Source: a virus
Lineage: Duplodnaviria > Heunggongvirae > Uroviricota > Caudoviricetes
Strand: one strand, 5' to 3'
Virus record (IMG/VR): IMGVR_UViG_3300044719_000150
DNA: 64,000 nt
Each line of letters starts with the position of its first letter. Positions within the stretch are counted from its first letter, which is position 1. This document shows positions 9,430-18,699 of this stretch, piece by piece. The translations under genes were made by a program, and so were the position numbers. The notes under the pieces were generated by a model. The model saw nothing but the letters and a program-made list of their open reading frames with translations. It had not been told where the DNA came from and did no database searches.

Positions 9430-9653
9430 TGGCCTCGCCGAACATGCGCGCCCTGCGCGCGAAGCTCGACGGCCTCCAGCCAACCGTGATCACCGAGGTC
9501 GAGCACCCCGGCACGAACCGCTGGACCCGGCGGCATTTCGTCACCAAGGAAAAGAAGGTCGTCAACACGGTGGCGCGCCCGAACTGGACCGAGCGCTTCC
9601 GTGAGGAGTACCGTGTCCGGCGCTGGAACGCGATGCACGGGGTGAATCAGTGA
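9429..9653 (+). CDS. hypothetical basic protein
   Basis: TAATG coupling to the upstream gene. Confidence 0.5.
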   Translation: MASPNMRALRAKLDGLQPTVITEVEHPGTNRWTRRHFVTKEKKVVNTVARPNWTERFREEYRVRRWNAMHGVNQ

Positions 9654-9820
9654 AGGTGATGGTCTCTTCCGGCGACCGGCACGTCCAGGTCTGGATCAAG
9701 GGTTCGAACCCTGAGAAGCTGCGCAAGGCCGAGAAGACCGCCAAGCGCCTGCTCGCGGAAACCGTCCAGCCGACCGTGGAGAAGCCGAAGATGGGCTTCG
9801 CGCCAAAGGAAGAGGGCTGA
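9650..9820 (+). CDS. hypothetical small protein (GTG start)
   Basis: GTGA overlap with the upstream stop; 56 codons. Confidence 0.35.
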   Translation: MKVMVSSGDRHVQVWIKGSNPEKLRKAEKTAKRLLAETVQPTVEKPKMGFAPKEEG

Positions 9821-9999
9821 TGGCCGACAAGCCTGAGCTGCCGACCTCGCCATTGACCGAGGCCGCCGCCGCGTTCGTGGGTATCCACGAGCTTTTCAAG
9901 ACTCTCATGGCCGCTGGCTTCACGGAGAACCAGGCGCTCAAGTACCTGGCTTACACGACCTCGCAGGCGCAGCCCCAGCCACCGGATATCCCCGAGTGA
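9820..9999 (+). CDS. hypothetical small protein
   Basis: ATG overlapping the upstream TGA; 59 codons. Confidence 0.4.
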   Translation: MADKPELPTSPLTEAAAAFVGIHELFKTLMAAGFTENQALKYLAYTTSQAQPQPPDIPE

Positions 10000-10214
10000 A
10001 GGAACTCCCAGCCGGTAGCCATGAACACGCTCCGGGTCAGCTGGCGTGCGAGCACTGTTCGGAGCAGTGGCGTGCCTGCGTGACCGCCGACTACCTGTCG
10101 ATTGCCTTCGGCCCCTTCGCGCCGATCGAGCCGGTGCCGGTAGAGGAGATGCCCAACACGGCGCATCCATTCTTCCGGCCGGAACCCCGTGGCTTCGACT
10201 ATCCAGTCTGCTAG
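9996..10214 (+). CDS. hypothetical protein
   Basis: GTGA overlap with the upstream stop; 72 aa. Confidence 0.4.
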   Translation: MKELPAGSHEHAPGQLACEHCSEQWRACVTADYLSIAFGPFAPIEPVPVEEMPNTAHPFFRPEPRGFDYPVC

Positions 10215-10223
10215 ATTCAGGCC

Positions 10224-10817
10224 ATGACGCGGTTTTTCTTCGACACGGAATTCGTGGACACAGGTGAACTGATCCGACTGATCTCGTTCGGCCTGGTGCG
10301 CGAGGACCGCAAGGCCTGGTACTGGATCAACGGAGACGACTCGATCATCGACGAGGCCGTCTACCATCGCTGGCTGAATCCGAACGTCACGAGGCACTTG
10401 CCGATCCGGGTGCACCACAAGGTCAAGGGCGGCGAGATTTACGCGCCCGGCAAGGAGCCCATCTCGGGCTGGGACTGGGACGACGGCAACCCCGAGATCG
10501 TCTGCGTCAAACCCAAGAAACTGATCTCCTTGCAGGTGCAGCGCGTGCTGGCCACCGAGGGCGACGGCGCACCCGAACTGTGGGCCTGGTACTCCGCCTA
10601 TGATCACGTCGTGTTCGCACAGCTGTTCGGCACGATGGTGAACCTGCCGCATGGCTTCCCCATGCTCACCCGCGACCTGAAGGACTGGGCGCTTCGCCTC
10701 GGCGACCCGCAGGTCCCGCAGCACACCGGCCGTGAACACCACGCCCTCGACGACGCGGCTCACGACCTGGATATCTACGAGTTCCTGCGAGAATATGAGG
10801 CCAAGGCGCCTCGTTAG
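10224..10817 (+). CDS. DEDD-family 3'-5' exonuclease (DnaQ/RNase T-like)
   Basis: N-terminal FFDTEFVDTGE (Exo I), a central YD motif, and C-terminal HALDDAAHD (Exo III, DEDDh). Confidence 0.65.
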   Translation: MTRFFFDTEFVDTGELIRLISFGLVREDRKAWYWINGDDSIIDEAVYHRWLNPNVTRHLPIRVHHKVKGGEIYAPGKEPISGWDWDDGNPEIVCVKPKKLISLQVQRVLATEGDGAPELWAWYSAYDHVVFAQLFGTMVNLPHGFPMLTRDLKDWALRLGDPQVPQHTGREHHALDDAAHDLDIYEFLREYEAKAPR

Positions 10818-10824
10818 GAGGCGT

Positions 10825-11322
10825 GTGCCACAGCGCTACGAACCGGGCCGCTACGTGTGCGTCAGCGGCACCGGTTTCGGCGACCGCATTATCCAGCTCG
10901 GCACGCACAGCTGGTACAGCCACGTGTTCGGTATCGAGACCGAGGACGGCGGCATCATCCAGGCGATGCCAGGCGGTGTGGTGCGGGCGCACATCACGGA
11001 CTACGCGGGGCGCCGCATGCTGATCAACACCGACCCGATGGACGCGAACCAGCAGCTTGAGATGCTCGCAGCGATGCAGCAGGCGGTCGGCGAGTCATAC
11101 AACTTCCTCGGCATCGTGGACGATGGCCTCGAATCACTAGGCCTGGTTTCCAAGTGGCTGGCGAAGGTGGCCAGCAGCGACCAGGAGGTCATCTGCTCCC
11201 AACTGATGGTGCTGGTCGGCAGGACGGCCGGATACGACTGGCTGTGCGGCAAGCGGCAGCCCTCCGAGGTCACCCCCGCAAACCTGGCCCGCCGACCCGG
11301 CATGCAGCCGCTGACCGCCTAA
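10825..11322 (+). CDS. hypothetical protein (possible Cys/His peptidase fold)
   Basis: GTG after TAGGAGG; conserved Cys and His residues; function is inferred only. Confidence 0.45.
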   Translation: MPQRYEPGRYVCVSGTGFGDRIIQLGTHSWYSHVFGIETEDGGIIQAMPGGVVRAHITDYAGRRMLINTDPMDANQQLEMLAAMQQAVGESYNFLGIVDDGLESLGLVSKWLAKVASSDQEVICSQLMVLVGRTAGYDWLCGKRQPSEVTPANLARRPGMQPLTA

Positions 11323-11330
11323 AGGAATGT

Positions 11331-11696
11331 GTGGCCCAGACCTTCAATTGGACGGTTCAGCTCGGTTCGACCCAGAACGCCAGTTTCGTCTTTCAGAACG
11401 CTGACGGCACCCCGTATAACATCGTGGGCATGACCTGGGAGTACGTGGTCCGGCTCGACGGCGACGACACCAGTATCACACCCCTGATCAAGGTGACCAC
11501 CACGGCGAACGCGCAGGGCGTACTCGCCGTGAATACGGGAACTGCCACGGTATCCCTGACGCTTTATCCGGCAGCTACGGCATCCTTGCCCAGCCGCTCC
11601 CTGTACTCCCACACCCTGTGGGGCAATCCTGGCACCACCAGCGCGACAGCGTGGGTCACCGGCCAGTTCCTGACCAGCGCCATCGCGCAGCCGTAG
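11331..11696 (+). CDS. putative minor tail protein
   Basis: GTG after AAAGGAA; Thr/Ser-rich, beta-strand-like composition; sits immediately upstream of the tail fibre gene. Confidence 0.45.
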   Translation: MAQTFNWTVQLGSTQNASFVFQNADGTPYNIVGMTWEYVVRLDGDDTSITPLIKVTTTANAQGVLAVNTGTATVSLTLYPAATASLPSRSLYSHTLWGNPGTTSATAWVTGQFLTSAIAQP

Positions 11697-11703
11697 GGGG
11701 TGT

Positions 11704-14700
11704 GTGGCAGATCCGATCATCATCATCCAGCCCGTCCAGAACACCGTCCAGGTTTCGGCGAATACGATCCCGCCGATCGCCAGCACCGGCAGCCTCGGCG
11801 TCATCCAGCTGGCGGGAGATCTCGGCGGCGTAGCCGCCGCGCCCACCGTCCAGAAGATCCAGGGCACCACGATCCAGACGCCTCCAGGGGTGAACACCAA
11901 GTTCCTGGCGGGCGACGGCTCCTGGCAGACCGGCGCGGGCGGCGTGCAGGTTGGTGGGGACATCGGCGGCACGAACAACAGCCCCACGGTCATCTCCACG
12001 CACCTGAGCAGCCCTCTGCCGATCGCACAGGGCGGCACCGGCCAGAGCACCCAGGCCGCCGCGCTGACGGCCTTGACCGGCACGCAGGTCGCCGGGCGGT
12101 ATTTGCGCTCGGACGGCACGAACACAGCCCTGTCTGCGATTCAGGCTGCTGATATCCCAACGCTGAATCAGAATACGACCGGCACGGCGGCGGGACTGAG
12201 CGCCACGCTCGCCATAGGATCCGGTGGAACCGGCCAGACGACGCAGCAGAACGCCATCAATGCGCTGACGGGAACGCAGGTCAGCGGCAGGTATCTGCGC
12301 TCGGACGGCACCAACGCGACATTGTCCGCCATTCAGGCTGGCGATGTTCCGACGTTGAACCAGAACACCACGGGAACGGCGGCAGGGCTCAGTGCTACGC
12401 TCGCCATCGGCTCGGGCGGAACGGGTCAGACCTCTGCTTCGGCGGCGTTCAACGCACTCTCCCCGGTCACGACGCTGGGCGACCTGATCTACGGGTCGGG
12501 CTCCAACGCGAACAGCCGCCTGGCGGGCTCCACGTCCTCGACGAAGCAGTTCTTGACGCAGACCGGCACGGGCACCGTCTCGGCGGCACCGGCCTGGGGT
12601 GCGATTCAGGCCGCCGACGTACCGACGCTGAACCAGAACACCACGGGAACCTCCGCCAATGTGACCGGCGTCGTCGCGATTGCCAACGGCGGCAGTGGCC
12701 AGAGCACGCGCCAGAACGCGATCAATGCCCTCACCGGCACGCAGAGCGCGGGAACCTATCTTCGCTCCGACGGCACCAACGCCACGCTCACGGCTATCCA
12801 GGCTGCCGATGTTCCAGTCCTGAATCAGAATACGACCGGCACCGCGAGCAATGTCACGGGTACGGTGGCCATCGCCAATGGCGGCACGGGCCAGACGTCC
12901 GCCGCCGCCGCGTACAACGCCCTGTCGCCGATGACCACGCTGGGCGATATCGAGTACGAGTCCGGCGCGAACACGGCGGCTCGACTGCCAGGCAACACCA
13001 CCGCCACGAAGCAGTTCCTGAGCCAGACGGGCACCGGAAGCGTGTCCGCCGCACCGGCGTGGACCGCACTGGCCTCCAGCGACATCCCGTATCCGGCGTG
13101 GGTCTTCTCTGTGCTGGTCCAGGGCGCCAAGGGCGACGGCAAGATCTCCAATACCGGCGCCACGACGGCTTCCTCCGCGACGGTCACCATCGGCGAATCA
13201 GTGCTGACCCAGGCTGATGTCGGCAAGATCGTCATGGTGAAGAACGCCTTGAACAGCAACAGCACCAGCGGACAGACCACCTCCGTCGGCACGATCACGA
13301 CGGTGAACTCGGCGACCAGCTTCACGGCGACCTGGAACACGACCCCGACTCAGACGAGCACGGGCCTCCAGGTACTCTGGGCGACCGATGACACTGTGGC
13401 CATTCAGGCGGCTATCGCCGCCGCGAACACCTACGCCCAGAACCACGGCGGATACGCGGAAGTCTTTTTCCCGCCCGGCGCGGGCCTGTATTACGGCGTG
13501 GGCGGTGCGCTGAAGTCCACCGACGGTGTAAACGCCGTCTATAATTCGCAGCTCACCATTCCAGTGAATGCCGAGACGAACAACGGCGTTACGCTGGTCT
13601 TCCGGGGTCCAGGGGATGCCGGGCAGTCCCGGTATTGGAACTCCGACTATCCCGTATGGAACGGCGGAATCCAGAGTTTCGGCTGCTTCACCACCGCCCT
13701 CAACCAGAGCAACAACATCGGCGCTGGCGGAAACCCGTCAGTCATCGGCGGCCCGACCGGTAAATTCAATTACGGCGTGTTGCAGGGCGCGAATACCACT
13801 CCTACCTACACGAACACCTGCGTCGTTTTCCAAGATTTCACGGTTCTGACGACGCATGTGAATTCCGGGTGGACGTACAGCGCATTCAATTTCTTCGGAT
13901 GCGCGCGTTTTCACGCAAAGAACTTCACGTACGGCACCAACGGTACCGTGCAGTTCTATAAGTACACTCCGAACCTCGGCGACTTCACGAATGTAACGCT
14001 GCTGTCCGGCGGACTTTCCATCGGCGGACTCATGCCGTCGAACGGAAACAACGCGTCGAACTATTTGCAGAATGTCGTCTGCAACGGCGGATACACCTAC
14101 GGCTTGTACGCCATGGAGCACACAGTCGCCAATAGCTTGACCATCCTGTACTGCTGGTCTGGCATCTGCCCGGTCGGCTCATACAGCGATTCGGCGGCCA
14201 GCGGAACCGTTTCGGCCCTGCACGCGATGTATTTCGACCAGGCATGCGTCGAAGGCTGCACATTCCATGTGAATATCGTCGGGGTCGGGCAGTCCGGCAT
14301 CGGCCCGATCATCCATATGGTGCTGGACACGGAAGGCACAGTCCAGCTGCGCGACTCGCAGGCCGCTGGCGCGAATACCGGCGCTGGTCTCGCGGCGGCG
14401 ATGGGCGAGATCCGGCTCGTCGGCTCCCCGTCCACGATCACCATCCAGACAGGCACCGGCGCGGGCGGCCTGGGCACTGGGCTGCGGATCATCAAAGAGC
14501 AGAACCTTCCCGGCGTGCCCTCTTCCGGCATTCCGACACTGGTGGACGGAACCTCCGTGTCGAATACCCTCTGGCGTCCGGCCACGGTGTATCTGTCCGG
14601 CGGCACGAACGTCACCACCGTGGCAGTCTCCCGATTGGCTGGCGGAGTGAACACGGTCGCAGTATCCAATGTCATCAGCCAGACCGCCGCGCCCATTGCC

Positions 14701-14793
14701 GCAAACACCCCGATCCGGCTTGGCCCTGGCCAGTGGATCAAGGTGACAACCAGTGCGGGTACGCTGCCCACGGCGGTGTGGGTTCTCGATTAG
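11704..14793 (+). CDS. tail fibre or tailspike with a C-terminal pectate-lyase-like beta-helix (putative depolymerase)
   Basis: 1029 aa; about 6 tandem ~43-aa repeats (AIQAADVPTLNQNTTGT..IANGGTGQT); QGAKGDGK...DDTVAIQAAI hallmark of the pectate lyase superfamily; GTG start after TAGGGGG. Confidence 0.8.
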   Translation: MADPIIIIQPVQNTVQVSANTIPPIASTGSLGVIQLAGDLGGVAAAPTVQKIQGTTIQTPPGVNTKFLAGDGSWQTGAGGVQVGGDIGGTNNSPTVISTHLSSPLPIAQGGTGQSTQAAALTALTGTQVAGRYLRSDGTNTALSAIQAADIPTLNQNTTGTAAGLSATLAIGSGGTGQTTQQNAINALTGTQVSGRYLRSDGTNATLSAIQAGDVPTLNQNTTGTAAGLSATLAIGSGGTGQTSASAAFNALSPVTTLGDLIYGSGSNANSRLAGSTSSTKQFLTQTGTGTVSAAPAWGAIQAADVPTLNQNTTGTSANVTGVVAIANGGSGQSTRQNAINALTGTQSAGTYLRSDGTNATLTAIQAADVPVLNQNTTGTASNVTGTVAIANGGTGQTSAAAAYNALSPMTTLGDIEYESGANTAARLPGNTTATKQFLSQTGTGSVSAAPAWTALASSDIPYPAWVFSVLVQGAKGDGKISNTGATTASSATVTIGESVLTQADVGKIVMVKNALNSNSTSGQTTSVGTITTVNSATSFTATWNTTPTQTSTGLQVLWATDDTVAIQAAIAAANTYAQNHGGYAEVFFPPGAGLYYGVGGALKSTDGVNAVYNSQLTIPVNAETNNGVTLVFRGPGDAGQSRYWNSDYPVWNGGIQSFGCFTTALNQSNNIGAGGNPSVIGGPTGKFNYGVLQGANTTPTYTNTCVVFQDFTVLTTHVNSGWTYSAFNFFGCARFHAKNFTYGTNGTVQFYKYTPNLGDFTNVTLLSGGLSIGGLMPSNGNNASNYLQNVVCNGGYTYGLYAMEHTVANSLTILYCWSGICPVGSYSDSAASGTVSALHAMYFDQACVEGCTFHVNIVGVGQSGIGPIIHMVLDTEGTVQLRDSQAAGANTGAGLAAAMGEIRLVGSPSTITIQTGTGAGGLGTGLRIIKEQNLPGVPSSGIPTLVDGTSVSNTLWRPATVYLSGGTNVTTVAVSRLAGGVNTVAVSNVISQTAAPIAANTPIRLGPGQWIKVTTSAGTLPTAVWVLD

Positions 14794-14801
14794 GAGGACG
14801 C

Positions 14802-15344
14802 GTGCATTCCCTTCTCGACCAGATCGAGCGCGTCTCGATCATGTCCCTCCAGCTGTACCCCGGCAATCCGAACGAGGGCGACGTGCCGTCGATCGCGGAG
14901 TCGCTGGAGGAGAACGGCCAGGTGCTGCCGGTCGTGGTCGAGAAGGGGACGCGGCGCATCCTGTCGGGCAACCACACGGTGATCGCCGCCGCCGGGTTGG
15001 GCTGGACCGAGATCGACGCGGTGTTCGTGGACGTCACCGAGGACCGGGGGCGCAGGATTCTGCTGGCACTCAACCACACCCGCGACAAGGCGCGCACGAA
15101 CAATGACGCGCTGGCCGAGTTCCTGTCCTACCTGGACGACGACTACAGCGGCACCGGCTACACGGAGTACGACGTGGAGCGCCTCCTGGACGTCAGCGCG
15201 CTGGACCCGCAGGGCGTCATCACGGTGGACCCCGAGCTGGCCGAGATGGCGGCCACGGCGCAGCCCGCGACACAGCAGCGCGGGCATCTGTGCCCGAAGT
15301 GCGGGTACGATGTACGCAGCGACCCGGAAGGGTTCAGGCTGTAG
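14802..15344 (+). CDS. ParB-like nuclease domain protein
   Basis: GTG after AGGAGG; ParB N-terminal domain pattern LYPGNPNEGDV...ILSGNHTVIAAAGLGWTEIDAVFVDV. Confidence 0.7.
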   Translation: MHSLLDQIERVSIMSLQLYPGNPNEGDVPSIAESLEENGQVLPVVVEKGTRRILSGNHTVIAAAGLGWTEIDAVFVDVTEDRGRRILLALNHTRDKARTNNDALAEFLSYLDDDYSGTGYTEYDVERLLDVSALDPQGVITVDPELAEMAATAQPATQQRGHLCPKCGYDVRSDPEGFRL

Positions 15345-15393
15345 GCGGCCTTCTGTGCGCGCGAAAAACCAGGGTGGAATCGCCGCCGAAGCT

Positions 15394-15408
15394 GTGATAC
15401 GCTAGTCC
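15394..15408 (-). promoter_or_regulatory. conserved motif GTGATACGCTAGTCC (reverse orientation of GGACTAACGTATCAC)
   Basis: One of >=26 copies; similar copies at 16818-16831, 17333-17348, 19685-19699, 22316-22329 and 24789-24803 within the tRNA island. Confidence 0.45.
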
Positions 15409-15552
15409 TAGCTCGGGTGGCCGGGGGACTCCCCGAAACTCCGGCCACCTGGGCAGGCCAAAGCTAGAGCGCAAGCCCATAGGAGTCCCGCCAGATTGCA
15501 GGCGAAAGCCCAATGGACAGTCGCGGGAAACGTGATACAGTAGGACAAGCGA

Positions 15553-15630
15553 CGCGGGATGGAGCAGCTCGGTCAGCTCGCTGGGCTCATAACCCAGAGG
15601 TCGAGGGTTCAAATCCCTCTCCCGCTACCA
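15553..15630 (+). tRNA. tRNA-fMet (initiator, anticodon CAT), CCA encoded
   Basis: Close match to bacterial initiator tRNA: three G-C pairs closing the anticodon stem (GGGCTCATAACCC), 1-72 mismatch, T-loop GGTTCAAATCC. Confidence 0.75.
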
Positions 15631-15759
15631 GGGCGAGTGCCACTGGCATTTAGCCCGAAGGATCTCTGGCAAGAGACCTGCCGACGCTCGTGAGCTTGGA
15701 ACTGGATAGCGAGCTAGTAAGTCCGGACGTAAGTGCCGGGCCGGTGTCCAAGCGTTAAT

Positions 15760-15830
15760 TCCCGATTGGTGTAGTGGCAGCACGCGACCGTCTGGTGGTC
15801 GTAGCCGGGGTTCGAATCCTTGATCGGGAG
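15760..15830 (+). tRNA. tRNA-Gln (CTG)
   Basis: Cloverleaf folded by hand; acceptor TCCCGAT/ATCGGGA; T-loop GGTTCGAATCC. Confidence 0.55.
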
Positions 15831-15948
15831 CGAGGTAGAGGCGAGCGCCTGCCAGCGCGGACCTCGGGGCAGGGAGCCGGGGTGGCAGTCCCGTCTCAGC
15901 CCTGGCGTGCACCTCATCCCCGCCTTACGGCGGGCAGCACGCCACCTT

Positions 15949-16024
15949 GGCGCGGTATCCCAACTGGCAGTAGGAGCCTGGCTCAGACCCAGGTAATGTG
16001 TGGGTTCGACTCCCACCCGCGTCA
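15949..16024 (+). tRNA. atypical tRNA, anticodon CAG (Leu codon) but class-I length
   Basis: Acceptor GGCGCGG/CCGCGTC, anticodon stem CCTGG/CCAGG with loop CTCAGAC, T-loop GGTTCGACTCC; no long variable arm. Confidence 0.4.
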
Positions 16025-16153
16025 CGCAGCAGGCAGATTGCGCTGCCGGGGCGGCGCCTCCTCGCGGGGGGTGCTGGAAGATCGCTCTAAAATAGCCGCT
16101 ATTCGGTGGAAGCGTCCGCGAGACCCCAGACCGCGTGTGGCTATACGCACCAT

Positions 16154-16236
16154 GCATCCGTGGTGGAATTTGGCAGACACGCCAGGTTGAGGGCCTGGTG
16201 CCTTCGGGTGTGCGGGTTCAAATCCCGCCGGGTGCA
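16154..16236 (+). tRNA. tRNA-Leu (GAG), class II
   Basis: Long variable arm TGCCTTCGGGTGT; T-loop GGTTCAAATCC; anticodon loop TTGAGGG. Confidence 0.65.
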
Positions 16237-16312
16237 CGACACGGCCATCGACACCACGAGAGCCATCACTCTCTCGCCGTGTTTTCTGTCGGATCGAGGA
16301 AAGGGGAACGCA

Positions 16313-16515
16313 TGGCACTGTTCGGTGGTAGCAAGGGCAACGAGGACGCGGGCAAGGAAGCCCGTAGGCGCGCCGACGAGCACAGGACGCGCTCCCAGGA
16401 GCGCCAGTGGCATCCCACTGACGGCCGGGAAGAGGCTGAGAGGGAGGATGAAGCCTTCAGGGAGGGCCGCAGGCGCCAGTGGGTGGACCCCGCCGACAGC
16501 ACGGACGACGACTGA
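16313..16515 (+). CDS. hypothetical highly charged small protein
   Basis: RBS GAGGAAAGGGG before the ATG; 67 aa, Arg/Glu/Asp-rich; sits between tRNAs. Confidence 0.45.
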
Positions 16516-16569
16516 AGCATCACCGGCGGCTAGCGAGTCTGCGAAACCCAATGTGATCCCGCCACTACC

Positions 16570-16644
16570 GCCCCCGTACGCCAACTGGCAGAGCGGCCAT
16601 CCTCAAAAGGTGGTGGATCTCGGTTCGACTCCGAGCGCGGGGCA
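16570..16644 (+). tRNA. atypical tRNA, anticodon CAA (Leu codon) but class-I length, with an extra nucleotide between the T-stem and acceptor
   Basis: Shares the D-loop CCAACTGGCAG with the 15949 tRNA; T-arm CTCGG-TTCGACT-CCGAG. Confidence 0.35.
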
Positions 16645-16695
16645 CTGGACGCCCATAGGAGTGCCGCGCCCCATGGCGTCACCGGCGTCCTGCAC

Positions 16696-16769
16696 GGCTC
16701 CGTACCTCAGCTGGTAGAGGGCCCGGCTCATAACCGGTGAAGTCGGTGGATCGAGACCACCCGGAGCCA
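16696..16769 (+). tRNA. tRNA-Met or Ile2 (CAT), elongator type
   Basis: Acceptor GGCTCCG/CGGAGCC; anticodon loop CTCATAA; non-canonical T-loop ATCGAGA. Confidence 0.55.
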
Positions 16770-16925
16770 CTGCGGCCATGTTCCTCACGTAAACCAATGC
16801 CTAGTCGTCGTAAACCGTGATACGCTAGCCGTGTCCATTGATCCACCGCAAGCCCAATGGTTGCACGACGCACCACCTGGCGGCCAGGTTGACTCCATAG
16901 TCCAATAGATGCGCGCCGCCAGTAC

Positions 16926-16999
16926 CGGCCTGTAGCTCAGCTTGGAAGAGCAGCGCCTTCACACGGCGCGTGTCAGGGGTTCAAATCCCTTCGGGCCGA
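16926..16999 (+). tRNA. tRNA-Val (CAC)
   Basis: Cloverleaf folded by hand; T-loop GGTTCAAATCC. Confidence 0.6.
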
Positions 17000-17003
17000 C
17001 GAG

Positions 17004-17077
17004 CGGAATGTGGCGCAGCTTGGCAGCGCACCTGGCTGGGGGTCAGGGGGTCGCCGGTTCGAATCCGGCCATTCCGA
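17004..17077 (+). tRNA. tRNA-Pro (GGG)
   Basis: Acceptor CGGAATG/CATTCCG; anticodon loop CTGGGGG. Confidence 0.6.
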
Positions 17078-17131
17078 CGAGGTGGTGTCCGTGCTTGATT
17101 CGTGCTCCATGGGAGAACCGGCACCGCCCAC

Positions 17132-17204
17132 CGCCCCGTAGCTCATAGGGTAGAGCGCTTCCTTGACACGGAAGAAGCGGAAGGTTCGAGTCCTTCCGGG
17201 GCGA
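17132..17204 (+). tRNA. tRNA-Val (GAC)
   Basis: Acceptor CGCCCCG/CGGGGCG; anticodon loop TTGACAC. Confidence 0.65.
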
Positions 17205-17205
17205 C

Positions 17206-17277
17206 GCGCCCGTAGCTCAGGGGAAGAGCGTTCGCCTCCTAAGCGAAGGGCCGAGGGTTCGACTCCCTCCGGGCGCA
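17206..17277 (+). tRNA. tRNA-Arg (CCT)
   Basis: Acceptor GCGCCCG/CGGGCGC; anticodon loop CTCCTAA. Confidence 0.65.
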
Positions 17278-17509
17278 CGGCGTTCCTGGCCAAACTGGGT
17301 TCGAAAGACCATCTTGCGGAACCGCTGGGAACGTGATACGTTAGGACCTGTTGGCAGCCAAGTGCGGAACTTCGCACAGAACAAAGTCGCTGCCAGTGCA
17401 CCACCGATAACTTCAAGGTTGAACTCTCGTTGTCTAAGCCCTTGGTTATCGGATAATCGGCGGTTTCAAGGTTGGAGATTCTTCTGCCAAGCCCTTGGCC
17501 GCCGAACAT

Positions 17510-17582
17510 AGGGGTATAGCTCAGCGGCCAGAGCAGCGCTCTCCAAAGGCGCGTGTCGTAGGTTCGAGTCCTACTACCCCTG
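17510..17582 (+). tRNA. tRNA-Trp (CCA)
   Basis: Perfect acceptor AGGGGTA/TACCCCT; anticodon loop CTCCAAA. Confidence 0.65.
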
Positions 17583-17584
17583 CG

Positions 17585-17656
17585 GTGGCCATGGCCGAGC
17601 GGCTTAGGCACTGGTTTGTGGAACCAGGCAGGTGGGTTCGACCCCCACTGGCCACA
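17585..17656 (+). tRNA. tRNA-His (GTG), with a G at -1
   Basis: Acceptor GTGGCCA/TGGCCAC; anticodon loop TTGTGGA; starts 2 nt after tRNA-Trp. Confidence 0.6.
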
Positions 17657-17667
17657 CAATTGAATAT

Positions 17668-17738
17668 GGCCCTGTAGCTCAGGGGATGAGCAGCGCTCTA
17701 CGGAAGCGCGGACGCAGGTTCGAATCCTGTCAGGGCCT
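17668..17738 (+). tRNA. tRNA-Arg (ACG)
   Basis: Acceptor GGCCCTG/CAGGGCC; anticodon loop CTACGGA. Confidence 0.65.
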
Positions 17739-17879
17739 CTAGCCGCCTATACGACGCGCGCTTAGTATGCGGTGACTGGGTTCACGGAGAGAGAACGAAG
17801 TGCTGTTACTGGTAAGACCAGGACGGCTCTCGGCCCGTGTATGTCGGTAGGGTGGGCAGGCCGACGTTAACTGAATGAT

Positions 17880-17964
17880 GCGCTGAATCCCGAGGCATAG
17901 GGTATGCGGTCCGCAAGATCGCGGGGAGAGAATCCCCTCGCAGGTTCGAATCCTGCTCAGTGCA
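17880..17964 (+). tRNA. tRNA-like element, 85 nt (class-II-like; anticodon uncertain)
   Basis: Acceptor GCGCTGA/TCAGTGC and T-arm GCAGG-TTCGAAT-CCTGC are canonical; the D and anticodon arms are irregular; preceded by the leader TTAACTGAATGA. Confidence 0.35.
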
Positions 17965-18091
17965 CGGCACCGCCCGTAGCTCAAAGCCCTCTTCGCGAGG
18001 AGGGGTAAACGCAAGAGCCCTTGGGGTCTGTTCGCGCAGGCATCCCGAGGAGATCCGGAAGTGACCGGCGGCGGTGACCTTAACTGAATGA

Positions 18092-18162
18092 GCCGGGATA
18101 CCTCAATGGGCAGAGGACTCCTCTACAGAGGGGGCGCGCTGGTTCGAACCCAGCTCCTGGCG
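18092..18162 (+). tRNA. tRNA-like element (anticodon possibly ACA; 3-nt variable loop)
   Basis: Acceptor GCCGGGA/TCCTGGC; T-arm GCTGG-TTCGAAC-CCAGC; also preceded by TTAACTGAATGA. Confidence 0.35.
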
Positions 18163-18423
18163 CGGCTGGTGGCCGCCGGAACCCTTACCCGGCGGGCGCG
18201 GAGGCCAACTTGGGTTGATCCCCACCAGAGCCGCTCAAGCGGCGGCTCGCGCTAACGCATAGCGGAGGCGGTAGGGCTCTCACCCGAGCAAGATCCGCGT
18301 ACTCGTAGTAGCGGGCCCAGCACTTTGTTCCCGTGGCCTTCGGGCGTGCGGGAGGAGCGGGAAGTCTGACGCCGTTGCAGGGGGTCGGACCAGGTCGGAT
18401 GACGCGGGTTAGGCCGACCACAT

Positions 18424-18550
18424 GCGGAGGTGCCAGAGAGCAGTGAATGGGTGGACCGGAAGGTGTGCACGCCGGATGGTCCAGCTGGACAGTCATGCGG
18501 ACGCGTACGTGTGACGCTGGTCCTCGCGGGTGCAAATCCCGCTCTCCGCT
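18424..18550 (+). ncRNA. 127-nt tRNA-like RNA: canonical acceptor and T-arm flanking a ~50-nt extra segment
   Basis: GCGGAGG...GCGGG-TGCAAAT-CCCGC-TCTCCGC; possibly an intron-containing tRNA, a degenerate tRNA or another ncRNA. Confidence 0.3.
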
Positions 18551-18604
18551 CGATCCGCCGATTGCAAGCGGCGGTGATGGCCGTGCGTTGCGCAGCGTAC
18601 GGAA

Positions 18605-18699
18605 TGGGATTGGGTGCGTTGGAGCACAGGGAAACGAGTCAAACCGGTCAACCGGGGCGATAGGAGTACCAGGACCAGGTTCGAATCCTGGAATCCCGC
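18605..18699 (+). ncRNA. 95-nt tRNA-like RNA
   Basis: Acceptor TGGGATT/AATCCCG; T-arm CCAGG-TTCGAAT-CCTGG; the interior does not fold canonically. Confidence 0.3.
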
